Source: Myxococcales bacterium (GTDB lineage: Bacteria; Myxococcota_A; Polyangia; Polyangiales; Polyangiaceae). Taken from it: a stretch of 50,595 bases of DNA. This document shows positions 18,652 to 29,084 of this stretch, one piece after another. The stretch is taken from the NCBI GenBank assembly GCA_043747615.1, contig JAYTOU010000006.1, positions 1 through 50,595 on the forward strand. The letters run 5' to 3'. The translations under genes were made by a program, and so were the position numbers. Within the stretch, counting starts at the first letter, position 1, and each line of letters opens with the position of its first letter. The notes beneath the pieces are model-generated. The model worked only from the letters and a program-made list of their open reading frames with translations. It made no database searches and had not been told where the DNA came from.

Positions 18652-19980
18652 CTAGCGTTCCTTCTGGAAACTTGCGAGGAAATAGCCGTCGGTCTCATGG
18701 ACGTAGGGGAGGAGTCGCAATGTGCAAGCGTCTTTCGCCAACGCAGCGGCTGCTTCGCCTGAGAAAGGGCGCGCGGTGAGGTCTGAACGGGCGGCGAGGA
18801 GACGCGCGACGACGTCCTCCCCTTCCTCGCGAAGGACGCTGCACACCGCGTAGACGAGCGTTCCGCCCACACGGAGTCTGTCTGCGGCGCGCGACGCAAT
18901 GGCCAGCTGAAGGGCGGTGAGCGCGCTTACGTCAGCCTCACCGCGACGCGATGCAAGCTCTGGGCGGCGACGCATGGTTCCCGTCCCCGAGCAGGGTGCG
19001 TCGACGAGGACGCGATCGTAAAGGCCGGTAATTTCTCCGCTGCCTACCGACCAGTCGACCGCGTAGGTCGTGCGCGGTGAGAGCGCGAGCCGCGCAAGCT
19101 CGATGCGCAGACGATCGAGCTTCGTCTCGTGAAGGTCGGACGCATCGACCGCTCCGCTGGGGAGCACCGCGCGCGCCAAGATCCCTGTCTTGTTCCCGCG
19201 CCCGGCGCACGTGTCGAGGACCTCGTCGCCCGGGCGTGCTCCGAGGGCGAGCCCGACGAGCTGCGAGCCTTCTTCCTGGATGGCCCACGCCCCCTCTGCG
19301 AATCCCGGCAAATCGTGCGGTTTGCCTGCGTGACGAACCAAGATCGCCAGCGGCGAAACGGCGCCTGCAGAGATCTCCCCCTCCGGCGCCGCCTCACGAA
19401 AGCGCGTGATCCACGAATCGCGTTCACTTGCATTCTGCACACGAATGCCGATGGCCGGCGCGGTGAGGCCGCTCGCGAGGTAGGACGACGCTCCTTCTTC
19501 GCCGAGGGAACGAACGAGCGCTGCGCGCAGCTCCGGTGACGTGGAGCCCCGAACAGCCTCCACCGGATCGGGTTTATCGGTCTCGGCTTGCGTCGCGAGC
19601 TTGCGGAGAATCGCGTTCGCGAAGGCGGCGACTTCTTTCCCCTTCACGACGCGGATGGCACCGACGGCTTCACTCACCGCGGCAAATGGCGGAACGCGGC
19701 TCAGAAAAAAGAGCTGGTACGCCGCGATGAGCATGTGGGCGCGGGTCTTCGAATCTTGCGACGAAACAGGCCTTTTTGCGAGCTTGTCGATCCGCGCGGT
19801 GAGCCACGGAGCGACCCGCAGTGATCCGTAGACGAGCTCCGTCGCCAGCGCGCGATCCCGCGGCGAGAGCTGCACGGCACGCGACAGCTCGGCCTCGAGC
19901 GCGGCAGACGCGAATGCTTTGTCTCGCTCGACGCGGACCAGCACGTCCGCCGCCACCCCGCGCGCCGTGGGCCCACGCAT
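18652..19980 (-). CDS. rsmB: 16S rRNA m5C967 methyltransferase (NusB-like + RsmB domains)
   Basis: RDRALATELVYG, FANAILRK, IQEEGSQL, LDTCAGRGNKT, VLVDAPCSGTG..RRRPE, LVYAVCS, DGYF. Start 19980 forms a TGATG overlap with the upstream stop. Confidence 0.9.
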   Translation of the reverse strand: MRGPTARGVAADVLVRVERDKAFASAALEAELSRAVQLSPRDRALATELVYGSLRVAPWLTARIDKLAKRPVSSQDSKTRAHMLIAAYQLFFLSRVPPFAAVSEAVGAIRVVKGKEVAAFANAILRKLATQAETDKPDPVEAVRGSTSPELRAALVRSLGEEGASSYLASGLTAPAIGIRVQNASERDSWITRFREAAPEGEISAGAVSPLAILVRHAGKPHDLPGFAEGAWAIQEEGSQLVGLALGARPGDEVLDTCAGRGNKTGILARAVLPSGAVDASDLHETKLDRLRIELARLALSPRTTYAVDWSVGSGEITGLYDRVLVDAPCSGTGTMRRRPELASRRGEADVSALTALQLAIASRAADRLRVGGTLVYAVCSVLREEGEDVVARLLAARSDLTARPFSGEAAAALAKDACTLRLLPYVHETDGYFLASFQKER

Positions 19981-21776
19981 CACTGAGGCATGAACTGAAT
20001 TTTGGAAGGCGGCGTGTAGACCGTGCTGACGTTGTTGAAGGGGCTGATATAAACCGTGGCCACTTCGCACACGCTCATCGCCATTCCGCCGTTGTTCGCC
20101 TTCGTGAGGCCGGGGCACCAGGTAGAGCCGCCGCTCGAAGGGCTCGAGTAGCCAGCGGCGGTGCCGGACGTACCCTCGGATGCCACGGTGCCCGGCGCGC
20201 ACTGGGTGCGATCAACGGGGGGCGCCGCCGTGCGGTAGAACGCCAAGAACGCGTCGTCCTGCGCGCTGCCGTTGACGGCACAGACGGCCCATGCCGACAG
20301 AGTGATCGAGCTGCTGGTCGTGTTCTGCACGGCCCATGTTCGGTAGGGCTGGATGGAAGCGGAGAGCGACGTCGGGCAGGTGGAAGAATTGATTCGCGCG
20401 GCCGTTGGCGCCGTCGCGAAATTCGTGTCGCGTGTAGTGAGACTGCCGAGCGTCCCGAGGTTGACGTCCACGCCGGCGCCGTTGCAGATGACGTAGAACG
20501 GAAGCGCGCTCGAGCTGCCGCCGCCCGGGCCGGCGTTGACGAGGTAGACGTTCAGCGTTCCGAGCGAGCCCATCAGCGCCTGGGGGATGACGGCGGTGAG
20601 CTGCGTCAACGTCATCGGTGTCGTCACCAGGCTCACGACGCCGATCTTGGCGACGGTGTTGGCGACGAAACCCGTTCCGTTGATGGTGATCGTTTTGTCG
20701 GCCGACTGATAAAAAGCGGTGTTGGGCGAGAGGCTTGCGCTCGTAGGTACCGGGTTCTGCACTTGGAAATTCGATGGCACGCTCACGCCGCCGCCGGGCG
20801 CGGGATTCGTGACGACGACGTTGAAGTTTCCAGCGGCGACGAGGAGCGCGGCAGGAATGACGGCCGTCAAATGCGTTCCGTCGACGTAGGTGGTGGCGAT
20901 CGCTGTGCCGTTGAAAGACACGGCGGATACGCCGACGAAGCCCGCGCCCACGATGCTGATGCTCGTATTCGCGTCACCGGTCATCGCCGTGCTAGGCGTC
21001 ACGGACGTGATGCTCACCACCGAGGGATTCGTCACGGCGAAGGCGACCGGGGCCGAAGTGCCGCCACCCGGGGTGGGATTGGCGACGGTGACGCTGTGGC
21101 TGCCGGCCATCGGTCCGGTGAGCTGCGCGGCCGGAATGGTCGCGGTGATGCTGGTGGCGCTCGAAGCGCTGACCAAGAGGCTCACCGCGTCGAAGTACAC
21201 TTTCGCGCCGCTCGCAAACGCGCTGCCCGTTACGGTGAGCGACGTGGCCGGGGAATCGGCGACGGCGCTCGTAGGGCTCAGCGTCGTCGGCACCGGGGGA
21301 GGATTTTGCACCTCGAATGGGAGATCGGCGCTGAGCCCGCCGCCGGGTGCGCCCGTCTCCACCGCAATTAGCAGGACGCCTGCGGTCGCCAGCTTGGTGG
21401 TCGGCAGCGCAGCGCGCAGCTCGGTGGCGCTCACGAACGTGGTCGTGAGCGGCGCGCCATCGACGCGAACGAGCGAGCGGAGCACGAACGCGGTGCCGCT
21501 CACGATCACCGTTGGCCCGAGGGCACCGACGGGCGCGTTGGAGGGAGCGATCGAAACGGCCACAGGCGCCGGAGCCGGCGGCAACGCTGCATCGTCGATC
21601 GCGGGCGCAGCATCCACGGAGACGACGCCACCGTCTTTGGCGGGCGAGAACGTTCCTGCGTCTTGCGGTCCGGTCGTTCCTGCGTCGGGATCGAACACTC
21701 CCCCCGCGCCACTCGTGGCGCATGCGCCAAGCGAGGCAACGCAGCTTACGACGATCCAGCTCTTCAAGAAACGCAT
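19980..21776 (-). CDS. Lipoprotein with four IPT/TIG (Ig-like) repeats and a Cys-containing C-terminal domain
   Basis: Lipobox LGA-C, four repeats of P..SP....T.TV.G..F...L.A.IPA..L...G...V.V.NP.PGGG.S. GGAG SD before ATG 21776. Confidence 0.88.
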   Translation of the reverse strand: MRFLKSWIVVSCVASLGACATSGAGGVFDPDAGTTGPQDAGTFSPAKDGGVVSVDAAPAIDDAALPPAPAPVAVSIAPSNAPVGALGPTVIVSGTAFVLRSLVRVDGAPLTTTFVSATELRAALPTTKLATAGVLLIAVETGAPGGGLSADLPFEVQNPPPVPTTLSPTSAVADSPATSLTVTGSAFASGAKVYFDAVSLLVSASSATSITATIPAAQLTGPMAGSHSVTVANPTPGGGTSAPVAFAVTNPSVVSITSVTPSTAMTGDANTSISIVGAGFVGVSAVSFNGTAIATTYVDGTHLTAVIPAALLVAAGNFNVVVTNPAPGGGVSVPSNFQVQNPVPTSASLSPNTAFYQSADKTITINGTGFVANTVAKIGVVSLVTTPMTLTQLTAVIPQALMGSLGTLNVYLVNAGPGGGSSSALPFYVICNGAGVDVNLGTLGSLTTRDTNFATAPTAARINSSTCPTSLSASIQPYRTWAVQNTTSSSITLSAWAVCAVNGSAQDDAFLAFYRTAAPPVDRTQCAPGTVASEGTSGTAAGYSSPSSGGSTWCPGLTKANNGGMAMSVCEVATVYISPFNNVSTVYTPPSKIQFMPQ

Positions 21777-21851
21777 GCCAAGACTCTCCGGAAACTTCCC
21801 AGGAGCAGCTATTCGCACAAAGGGGAGCCCCGTGCCATCCCGGTGGTCGGA

Positions 21852-23567
21852 CTAGCCGAAGATCTCCTTCAGCTGGCCGAGGATGACGTCCCATCTTCGC
21901 TCGACGTCGTTTTTGAAGGCGAGCATCATCAAGAGGAAGAGAACGGTCATCCCCACAAGGCTGGAGATCTCCCGGACGCGCAGCGAAATCGGCTGCTTTT
22001 TTATGGCTTCCAGCGCCAAGAAGACCAAGTGGCCGCCGTCGAGGACGGGAATGGGAAGCAAGTTGATGAGGCCAAGGTTGATCGAAATGACCGCCATCGC
22101 CCACACGAAATAGGTAGTGCCCTTCGCGCCGGCCTGGCCCGCCACATCGTAGATCGTGATGGGCCCGCTCACGCTGGATAGGCTCACTCGCCCCTGGAGA
22201 ATGCGAACGAAGCCGACACCGATAAAGCGGATGACGCTTCCCGTCTCTTCGACGGCGCGGCGCACGGCGTACGAAATCGGGTTCGGGTTGGGGACGTAGG
22301 CGTCGGGCGCGTTGGGCATCCAGTTCGCGGTGCGGAAGACGTAACGCTCGTAGTGCTGCGCGTACTCGTCATCCCAGCTCTCCCTTCGAAGCTGGAAGAG
22401 ACCCGCCATCGGCTCACCGCCGCGCGTCCATCTGAGCTCGCGCATGCCCCGGTTTGCGCCGCGCACGAGATCCTCTTCCATCGATCGCCAGTGGCGCTGG
22501 GGCGCTCCGTCGAGGTGGGTGATGCGATCGCCGGCGCGGAGGCCCGCCTTCCATTCGCTCGAGCCCTCGGGGACGAAGGACGCGTACATGTCCGAGCTCT
22601 CGATCCCCGCACGATCGAGGACGTCGTTGCTGCGGGCCACCGAGTCTTCGCTTCCGGGGTTCACGCCTTCGGACTTGGCGTTCGGCGTCAGCGTAGCCAC
22701 CTGCGGTTCCATCACCGCAATGTCGCAGAGCCCGCCGGCCGCGTTCACCGGAACGGGCCGGAGGTAGGCGATGACCACGGTGTCGCCGCGGTTCGCCGAG
22801 AGTGCGCCCACTAGATCGAGGAGGCGCGCCACTTTTTTTCCATTGATCGCGGTGACGCGATCGAACGATCGCAACCCCGCGCGGTACGCCGGAGAGTCGG
22901 TGCGGGGGACGCCTAGGATCGGAGCTGAAAAGCTTGGATGGATCCCGATGCGCCCAACGTGCTCCACGATGTCGAGCTCGCGTGTCTCGGTCTCGTCGGC
23001 GGGGATCACGTCCACGTCGACGATCTTGCCGTCGCGCTCGACGGAGAGATGGATCGGCACACCCGCTCGCGTGGCGACGCGGCTCTGCACGTCGGGAAAG
23101 CTGGTGACCGCGTTGCCGTCGATAGACAGAATCCGATCTCCCGGGACGAGCTTTCCCTCGGCGGGCTTGCCCGGAAGAACGATGCCCACCGTGGGCGGAG
23201 GGAACACGCGATCCTCTAAAAAAACAGAAGTATAAAGCACCACTGGGAAGACGACGTTCATCGTCGGACCGGCGAGCACGATGAGCACGCGCTTCCAGAG
23301 GGCCTGCGCTTCGAAGGTGCGCTTGCGGTCTTCCGGAGGAATCGGATGGCTGACCTTGGCCTCCTCGAGCATGTTTACGAAGCCGCCGAAGGGGAGGAGC
23401 CCGATGCAGTATTCGGTCTCTTTGCCGCGAATGTTGATCAGGCGCGGACCGAAGCCGATCGAGAACGTGATGACTTTGACCCCGAAAATTTTGGCGAGGA
23501 CGAAGTGACCCGACTCGTGAATGAAGATGAGAATGCTCGTGAGGAGCGTGAAGTAAAGTAGATCCAC
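21852..23567 (-). CDS. rseP: RIP metalloprotease RseP (M50) with three PDZ domains
   Basis: HESGH, FSIGFGP, PFGGFV, AGP.MN, three GD.I..I.G PDZ repeats, SGPITI, NLGLINLLPIPVLDGGH. Confidence 0.96.
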   Translation of the reverse strand: MDLLYFTLLTSILIFIHESGHFVLAKIFGVKVITFSIGFGPRLINIRGKETEYCIGLLPFGGFVNMLEEAKVSHPIPPEDRKRTFEAQALWKRVLIVLAGPTMNVVFPVVLYTSVFLEDRVFPPPTVGIVLPGKPAEGKLVPGDRILSIDGNAVTSFPDVQSRVATRAGVPIHLSVERDGKIVDVDVIPADETETRELDIVEHVGRIGIHPSFSAPILGVPRTDSPAYRAGLRSFDRVTAINGKKVARLLDLVGALSANRGDTVVIAYLRPVPVNAAGGLCDIAVMEPQVATLTPNAKSEGVNPGSEDSVARSNDVLDRAGIESSDMYASFVPEGSSEWKAGLRAGDRITHLDGAPQRHWRSMEEDLVRGANRGMRELRWTRGGEPMAGLFQLRRESWDDEYAQHYERYVFRTANWMPNAPDAYVPNPNPISYAVRRAVEETGSVIRFIGVGFVRILQGRVSLSSVSGPITIYDVAGQAGAKGTTYFVWAMAVISINLGLINLLPIPVLDGGHLVFLALEAIKKQPISLRVREISSLVGMTVLFLLMMLAFKNDVERRWDVILGQLKEIFG

Positions 23568-23573
23568 GGCTCG

Positions 23574-24254
23574 TTAGAGACTCAGAACGGCGTCGAAAAT
23601 CTCTTTCCCGTCGGTGCCCCCGAGGAGCGGCTCGCTCATGCGCTCGGGGTGCGGCATCAGGCCGAAGACATTTTTTTTCGGGCCGCCATAGATGCCGGCG
23701 ATGGACGAAAGTGACCCGTTCGGATTCGCATCGGCGGTGACCTCGCCCGCTTCGGTGCAGTAACGGAGCGCGACGCTCCCCGACCCTTCGAGCTCTTCGA
23801 GAACGCGCGGAGCCGCCTGGTAGCGCCCCTCGGCATGCGCGATCGGCAAACGCCAAATCGCCCCTTTTTTCCGGGTGAATGGGCCCTCGGCGCCCACGAG
23901 CACGTGGCGATCTCCGCACTCGAAGCGAAGGTGCGTGTTGCGGGTGAGGGCTCCCGGAAGGAGACCGACCTCCGTCAAAATTTGAAATCCGTTGCATACC
24001 CCAAGGACGTAGCCGCCCCGGTCGGCGTGCGCGCGAATGGCGTCGATGATCGGAGCCACCTTGGCGATCGCTCCACACCGGAGGTAGTCGCCGTAGCTGA
24101 ACCCGCCGGGGATGGCCACGAGGTCGGTCCCCTTGGGGAGCTCGCGCTCGGTGTGATGGATGACGGACGTAGGCACGCCGCAAACGTCGCGGAGGGTACG
24201 AACCATCTCCGCGTCGGCGTTCAACCCGGGGAAAAGGACCACCGTTGCGCGCAT
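23574..24254 (-). CDS. purQ: Phosphoribosylformylglycinamidine synthase subunit PurQ
   Basis: FPG.N, PGGFSYGDYLRCGA, GVCNGFQIL, PIAHAEGRY, NPNGS, GLMPHPER. Confidence 0.97.
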   Translation of the reverse strand: MRATVVLFPGLNADAEMVRTLRDVCGVPTSVIHHTERELPKGTDLVAIPGGFSYGDYLRCGAIAKVAPIIDAIRAHADRGGYVLGVCNGFQILTEVGLLPGALTRNTHLRFECGDRHVLVGAEGPFTRKKGAIWRLPIAHAEGRYQAAPRVLEELEGSGSVALRYCTEAGEVTADANPNGSLSSIAGIYGGPKKNVFGLMPHPERMSEPLLGGTDGKEIFDAVLSL

Positions 24255-24282
24255 CAAGGCCTTTTTGCTAGCACGGAGAGGC

Positions 24283-25563
24283 ATGAAACTCTACTACGCG
24301 CCCTTCGTCTTCGTGATGGGCTGCACGAGCTCCGACCCTGGCGCGGCGAGCGACGCTGGAGCCGACGGCGACAACAACGATGCGCGGCTGGTGAACGAAG
24401 CAGGCGGTCCGTCGTTCACGCATGTCGCAGAAGTGGCCGCCGGTCGCGGAACGACGTGCGCGCTCACCATCTCGGGTGCGGTTTTTTGCTGGGGGAAAAA
24501 CACGCTCGGTCAGGTCGGCACCGACAGCAAGGGAGAGGCCGTGCCCACGCCGGCGGCCGTCGCCGGGCTCCCTGCCATCCGTCACATCGCGGCCAACGGT
24601 TTTGGCGATCACGTGTGCGCGGTCGACACCGCGGGCTTCGGTTGGTGCTGGGGAGCGAATGATCACGGACAGCTGGGATCGAATGCGCCGGCGGATTCCG
24701 CGGCACACGGTGCGCCCCACAAGATCACTGACGGAGCGGCTGATTTTTCGGGGATCGACGAGATCTTCGTCGGTCCCGCGTCGAGCTGCCTCACGAAGAC
24801 AGACGGCTCCGTCTACTGCTGGGGCGGCGACGCCGGCTGCCAAATCGGAGACGAAGCCTGTGACGGTGGAGCGCCGATCGTTCCTCATCCGGTGCGCGTC
24901 GCGTCGGGTCTTACGGCGACGTCGGTATCCATCGGCACGATGGCGACGTGCGCCGCCGGAAAGACGCTCGGCACGAGTACGGCGAGCGCGTACTGCTGGG
25001 GGAAAAACGCGAAGGACGATCTCGGCGCGCCGCTCGGGCCGGGGCTCTATCCGGCGCCGCAAACCGTGGCCTACGCGGGGAGCGCGCCCGTTGGATTCGC
25101 CGCGGGCTTCACGCATACGTGCCTCGTCGACGACGCCAAGAACGTCTACTGCTGGGGACAAAACCAGGGAAACGCGGCGGGATTGGACGACGGCGGCTTT
25201 GCGACTCTCCCCTTCCAGGTGACGGGCTACGGCGGCGAGGCCACCGCGATCGCAGCCGGCTTCCTCACGACCTGCGCGATCGTAAAAGATGGCGCGCTCA
25301 AGTGCATGGGGTCGAACACCTCGGGCGAGCTCGGCTCCGGCGACGCGATCACGTCGAGCGCGGTGCCTCTCTCCGTCAAAGATCTCGTCGGCGCAACGTT
25401 CGTTGCGGTCGGAGAGGAGCACGCGTGCGCTGTTGCTCGATCGAGCGCGGAGGCGACGACGTCTCTCTATTGCTGGGGCGGGAACACGAACGGCGAGCTC
25501 GGCGACGGAACGAAAACCCTTAGGCGCACGCCGGTGCACGTGACCCGAATGCCGCGCCAGTGA
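24283..25563 (+). CDS. RCC1-repeat beta-propeller protein, probable lipoprotein
   Basis: Seven repeats of the G..(H/T)TCA....G...CWG.N..GQLG type. N-terminal FVMG-C. GGAGAGG before ATG 24283. Confidence 0.9.
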   Translation: MKLYYAPFVFVMGCTSSDPGAASDAGADGDNNDARLVNEAGGPSFTHVAEVAAGRGTTCALTISGAVFCWGKNTLGQVGTDSKGEAVPTPAAVAGLPAIRHIAANGFGDHVCAVDTAGFGWCWGANDHGQLGSNAPADSAAHGAPHKITDGAADFSGIDEIFVGPASSCLTKTDGSVYCWGGDAGCQIGDEACDGGAPIVPHPVRVASGLTATSVSIGTMATCAAGKTLGTSTASAYCWGKNAKDDLGAPLGPGLYPAPQTVAYAGSAPVGFAAGFTHTCLVDDAKNVYCWGQNQGNAAGLDDGGFATLPFQVTGYGGEATAIAAGFLTTCAIVKDGALKCMGSNTSGELGSGDAITSSAVPLSVKDLVGATFVAVGEEHACAVARSSAEATTSLYCWGGNTNGELGDGTKTLRRTPVHVTRMPRQ

Positions 25564-25570
25564 GCGTTTT

Positions 25571-26605
25571 CTACGGGCACGTTATCGCGCCACTGTCGGG
25601 CAACGAGCTCCCGCCGTCCGACGACAGGCTCCCGCACGTATACGAGGTACCGCTAGAACTAGGAAAGGAACAGCATCGCTGCAGGGCGGAGCAACCAACC
25701 CCGCAGTGGTCGCAGTTCGTGTTCGTGCCGAGCGTGCAGCCGCCTCCAGTGCCCGAATCAATGGACGGCGTGATGCATTTCGTCCCCACGCAGTACCCCG
25801 GCGAGCAATCTGCGCAGACGGTTCCGGCGCCTCCGCAGCTCGTAGCGCTTCCTGTGCATGCCAACGGCTGCGAGCACCCTCCGGCGACGCTGTCCGTGTC
25901 GCACTTCCCGGACGCGCAACTGACGCAGCCTGCCTGCGACCAGCACGCCGAGTCGACTGACTGAGCGCACGTCGGACCGCAGAAGTGAGCGTTGCACGCG
26001 ACGTTGCACACGCCTTTTTCGCATGTCCCCGTGCCGTTCGCGACTGTGCAATCGTGGCAGCCGGCGCCGCACGCCTTGGGGTTGGTCTGGGTGTCGACGC
26101 ATTCCATTCCGCAGACCTTGTTCGGCAGGGTACACGTGGGCGAGCACGAGGGGCCGCCGACCCCGGGCACGCAATAATCCGCGCCACCGTCCGCTCGGCA
26201 GTCGTTGGTGCACGTGCCGCAATGGTTGATCGTATTCAACTGCGCCGCGCAGCCCGCGCTCAGAGTGCCGTCGCAGTTCTCGAAGCCCGCATGGCAGGTA
26301 ACACCGCAGCTGAAGACATCGTTCTGGAGTACGCAGCTCGGCGTGGCGTTGGCTGCGCCCGGACAACCTGAGCAGCTCCCCCCGCAGCCGACGTTCGGAT
26401 CGTTCTTCGCGACACAAAGCCCAGAGCAGACCTTCTGGCCCGAGCTGCACAAGGCGGTTTCCATTCCCGCATCGAGTACGGACGAGACGTCTCGATCGGT
26501 GGGGTCGTCTATGCCCAGAAGACTTCCGCATGCCGCTCCAAAAATGGCGAACAGCGAAAGAGTAAGAAGCCCGATCAAGGAGCTCCACGGGCGGCGTTTG
26601 GTCAC
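25571..26605 (-). CDS. Cys-rich repeat lipoprotein (Stig1-like CG.C...C units)
   Basis: Lipobox GAA-C, repeated C..L.T..HCG.C...C and CVDTQTNP.ACG..C modules. Confidence 0.85.
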   Translation of the reverse strand: MTKRRPWSSLIGLLTLSLFAIFGAACGSLLGIDDPTDRDVSSVLDAGMETALCSSGQKVCSGLCVAKNDPNVGCGGSCSGCPGAANATPSCVLQNDVFSCGVTCHAGFENCDGTLSAGCAAQLNTINHCGTCTNDCRADGGADYCVPGVGGPSCSPTCTLPNKVCGMECVDTQTNPKACGAGCHDCTVANGTGTCEKGVCNVACNAHFCGPTCAQSVDSACWSQAGCVSCASGKCDTDSVAGGCSQPLACTGSATSCGGAGTVCADCSPGYCVGTKCITPSIDSGTGGGCTLGTNTNCDHCGVGCSALQRCCSFPSSSGTSYTCGSLSSDGGSSLPDSGAITCP

Positions 26606-26679
26606 GTCATTAAGGTAGCACGTCGTCGTCCTCCAGATCGACTCTGGCTCCCAGCCGGGATAGGCGCTACTCCCGTCTC

Positions 26680-29019
26680 ATGCCGAGCGCAGTTTTTCCC
26701 GGCGATCAGCCGATCACCCCGGCGGTCATCAAGCAGCACAAGCTCAACGACGCCGAGTATGCCTCCGTCCTCAAGGCACTCGGGCGTGAACCAAGCTTCA
26801 CCGAGCTCGGCGTCTTCAGCGTGATGTGGAGCGAGCACTGCTCGTACAAGTCGTCGCGCGTGCACCTGCGCCGCCTTCCGACGAAGGGACCGCGGGTGAT
26901 CTGCGGACCGGGAGAGAACGCGGGCGTCGTCGACATCGGCGACGGATTTGCAGTCGTCTTCAAGATGGAGTCGCACAATCACCCGAGCTTCATCGAGCCC
27001 TATCAGGGCGCCGCAACGGGCGTCGGCGGGATCTTACGCGACGTGTTCACGATGGGCGCGAGACCGATCGCAGGCTTGAACTCTCTACGATTTGGCCGTC
27101 CGGATCATCCTCGCACGGCAGAGCTTTTGCGCGGTGTCGTCGCTGGAATCGGTGGCTACGGAAACGCGATCGGCGTCCCCACCGTCGGCGGCGAGGTTCA
27201 ATTCGATGCGCGCTACGACGGCAACATCCTCGTCAACGCTTTCACCTGCGGCGTCGCGCGCACCGATCGCATCTTCTACGGCCGAGCGAGCGGCATCGGA
27301 AATCCGATCCTCTACATCGGCGCGAAAACGGGGCGCGACGGCATTCACGGCGCGACGATGGCCTCCGACGAATTCGCCGAAGGGGGACCGAGCCAGAGGC
27401 CCACCATGCAGGTCGGGGATCCCTTCATGGGAAAGCTGCTTCTCGAAGCATGCCTCGAGCTCTTTCAGTCGGACGCTCTCGAAGGCATCCAGGACATGGG
27501 CGCCGCGGGCCTCACCTCGTCGAGCGTGGAGATGGCCGGCCGCGCAGAGAACGGGATCGAGCTCGATCTCGACTGCATTCCTCGCCGCGCGAAGAAGATG
27601 AGCGCGTACGAGATCCTCTTGAGCGAATCGCAAGAGCGGATGCTTCTGGTCGCCAAGCGCGGTCGCGAAAACGAGGTCATCGAAATCTGCAAGAAGTGGG
27701 AGCTCGACGCCGCGGTCATCGGTCGGGTGACGGACACCAAACGTTGGGTGATCAAAGCGACACCCGGGTACGATCCTCTCGACGACGCGCCTGTCTCCGC
27801 GATCGAGCGCGAGCCGATGGTGGTTTGCGACATTCCCATTCGCGTGCTCACAGACGACGCACCGATCTACGACAGGCCACGCAAACTAGACGCGGGGCTC
27901 GCCGACCGAACGGCGGTCGAGCCATCGACGATCCCGATTCCTTCGGATTGGGGCGGCGAGCTTCGCGCCATGTGTGGCTCGCCCAACCTCGGCTCCCGCA
28001 GCTGGATCTGGCGACAGTACGATCACATCGTGCGGGGTGGCACGGTGGTTCGCCCCGGCTCCGACGCGGCTGTCGTCCGGGTGATCTGCGAACGTGACGG
28101 ACAGACCTTCGAGAAATTTTTGGCCTTCTCCGTGGACGGCAACGGACGCCACGTAGAGCTCGATGCCTTCCAGGGTGGCGCCATGGCGGTGGCCGAAGCG
28201 TGCCGCAACGTGGTGTGCTCCGGTGCCGAGCCCATCGGATTGACCGACTGTCTCAACTTCGGAAACCCGGAGCGCCCCGAGGTGATGGACACTTTCGCGC
28301 GCGCCATCGACGGCATCGCGGCGGCTTGCCTCGCGCTCGGCGTTCCCATCGTGAGCGGAAATGTCAGCCTCTACAACGAGACGAACGGCCGGGCGATCTT
28401 GCCGACGCCGACGATTGGCGCGGTCGGTCTCTTTCGCTCGGGCGAAGACCGACTTACCCAGTGGTTCAAACGCCCAGGCGACGCCGTGGTGCTACTCGGA
28501 GTCAGCCACGCTTCGCTCGGTGGCAGCGAGTACCTCGCGCAGAAGCTCGGACGCGGAGCCGTCGGGCAAGCTCTGTCGATCGATCTCGAGGCAGAGGCCC
28601 GCTTGCAGAAGCTCGTTCTCGCACTGGCGCAGACGAAGATGTTGCAGAGTGCACACGACATTTCGGAAGGTGGGCTCGGCGTAGCTCTCGCCGAGTGCTG
28701 CACGACCGCTCCGACTCCCGCGGGCGATGTGGGCGCGCGGATCGATCTAGACCTGCCGCCAAGCGGGCTCGAAAGAGCGGCGGTCCTGTTCGGAGAAAAC
28801 CCGACGCGGATCCTGGTAAGTGTGGCGCCCGAACGTTTGAAGGAGGTACTCGATCGCGCCCGCGCCGAGGGGGTGCCCGCATCCGAGCTCGGGATGACCG
28901 GCGGGAAGTCGTTGTCCATCGCATTCGCCGCGAAAGACGGGGCCACCGAGCTGGTGTACGTGGAAACAGCCGACCTGCGGGCTGCGCGGGATCATGCCCT
29001 CGATTCGATCGTTGGATAA
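26680..29019 (+). CDS. purL: Phosphoribosylformylglycinamidine synthase subunit PurL (small type)
   Basis: [78 protein letters not shown]. Confidence 0.98.
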   Translation: MPSAVFPGDQPITPAVIKQHKLNDAEYASVLKALGREPSFTELGVFSVMWSEHCSYKSSRVHLRRLPTKGPRVICGPGENAGVVDIGDGFAVVFKMESHNHPSFIEPYQGAATGVGGILRDVFTMGARPIAGLNSLRFGRPDHPRTAELLRGVVAGIGGYGNAIGVPTVGGEVQFDARYDGNILVNAFTCGVARTDRIFYGRASGIGNPILYIGAKTGRDGIHGATMASDEFAEGGPSQRPTMQVGDPFMGKLLLEACLELFQSDALEGIQDMGAAGLTSSSVEMAGRAENGIELDLDCIPRRAKKMSAYEILLSESQERMLLVAKRGRENEVIEICKKWELDAAVIGRVTDTKRWVIKATPGYDPLDDAPVSAIEREPMVVCDIPIRVLTDDAPIYDRPRKLDAGLADRTAVEPSTIPIPSDWGGELRAMCGSPNLGSRSWIWRQYDHIVRGGTVVRPGSDAAVVRVICERDGQTFEKFLAFSVDGNGRHVELDAFQGGAMAVAEACRNVVCSGAEPIGLTDCLNFGNPERPEVMDTFARAIDGIAAACLALGVPIVSGNVSLYNETNGRAILPTPTIGAVGLFRSGEDRLTQWFKRPGDAVVLLGVSHASLGGSEYLAQKLGRGAVGQALSIDLEAEARLQKLVLALAQTKMLQSAHDISEGGLGVALAECCTTAPTPAGDVGARIDLDLPPSGLERAAVLFGENPTRILVSVAPERLKEVLDRARAEGVPASELGMTGGKSLSIAFAAKDGATELVYVETADLRAARDHALDSIVG

Positions 29020-29045
29020 AGGAAGCCTCACGCTTTTTTGGAAAG

Positions 29046-29076
29046 TGTTAGATTTTCTTCTGGAGACACGTCTCCA
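29046..29076 (+). promoter_or_regulatory. Extended -10 followed by a perfect inverted repeat
   Basis: TG-T-TAGATT (29046-29054), then TGGAGAC-AC-GTCTCCA (29061-29076), then ATG 29085. Confidence 0.45.
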
Positions 29077-29084
29077 ACCGACGA

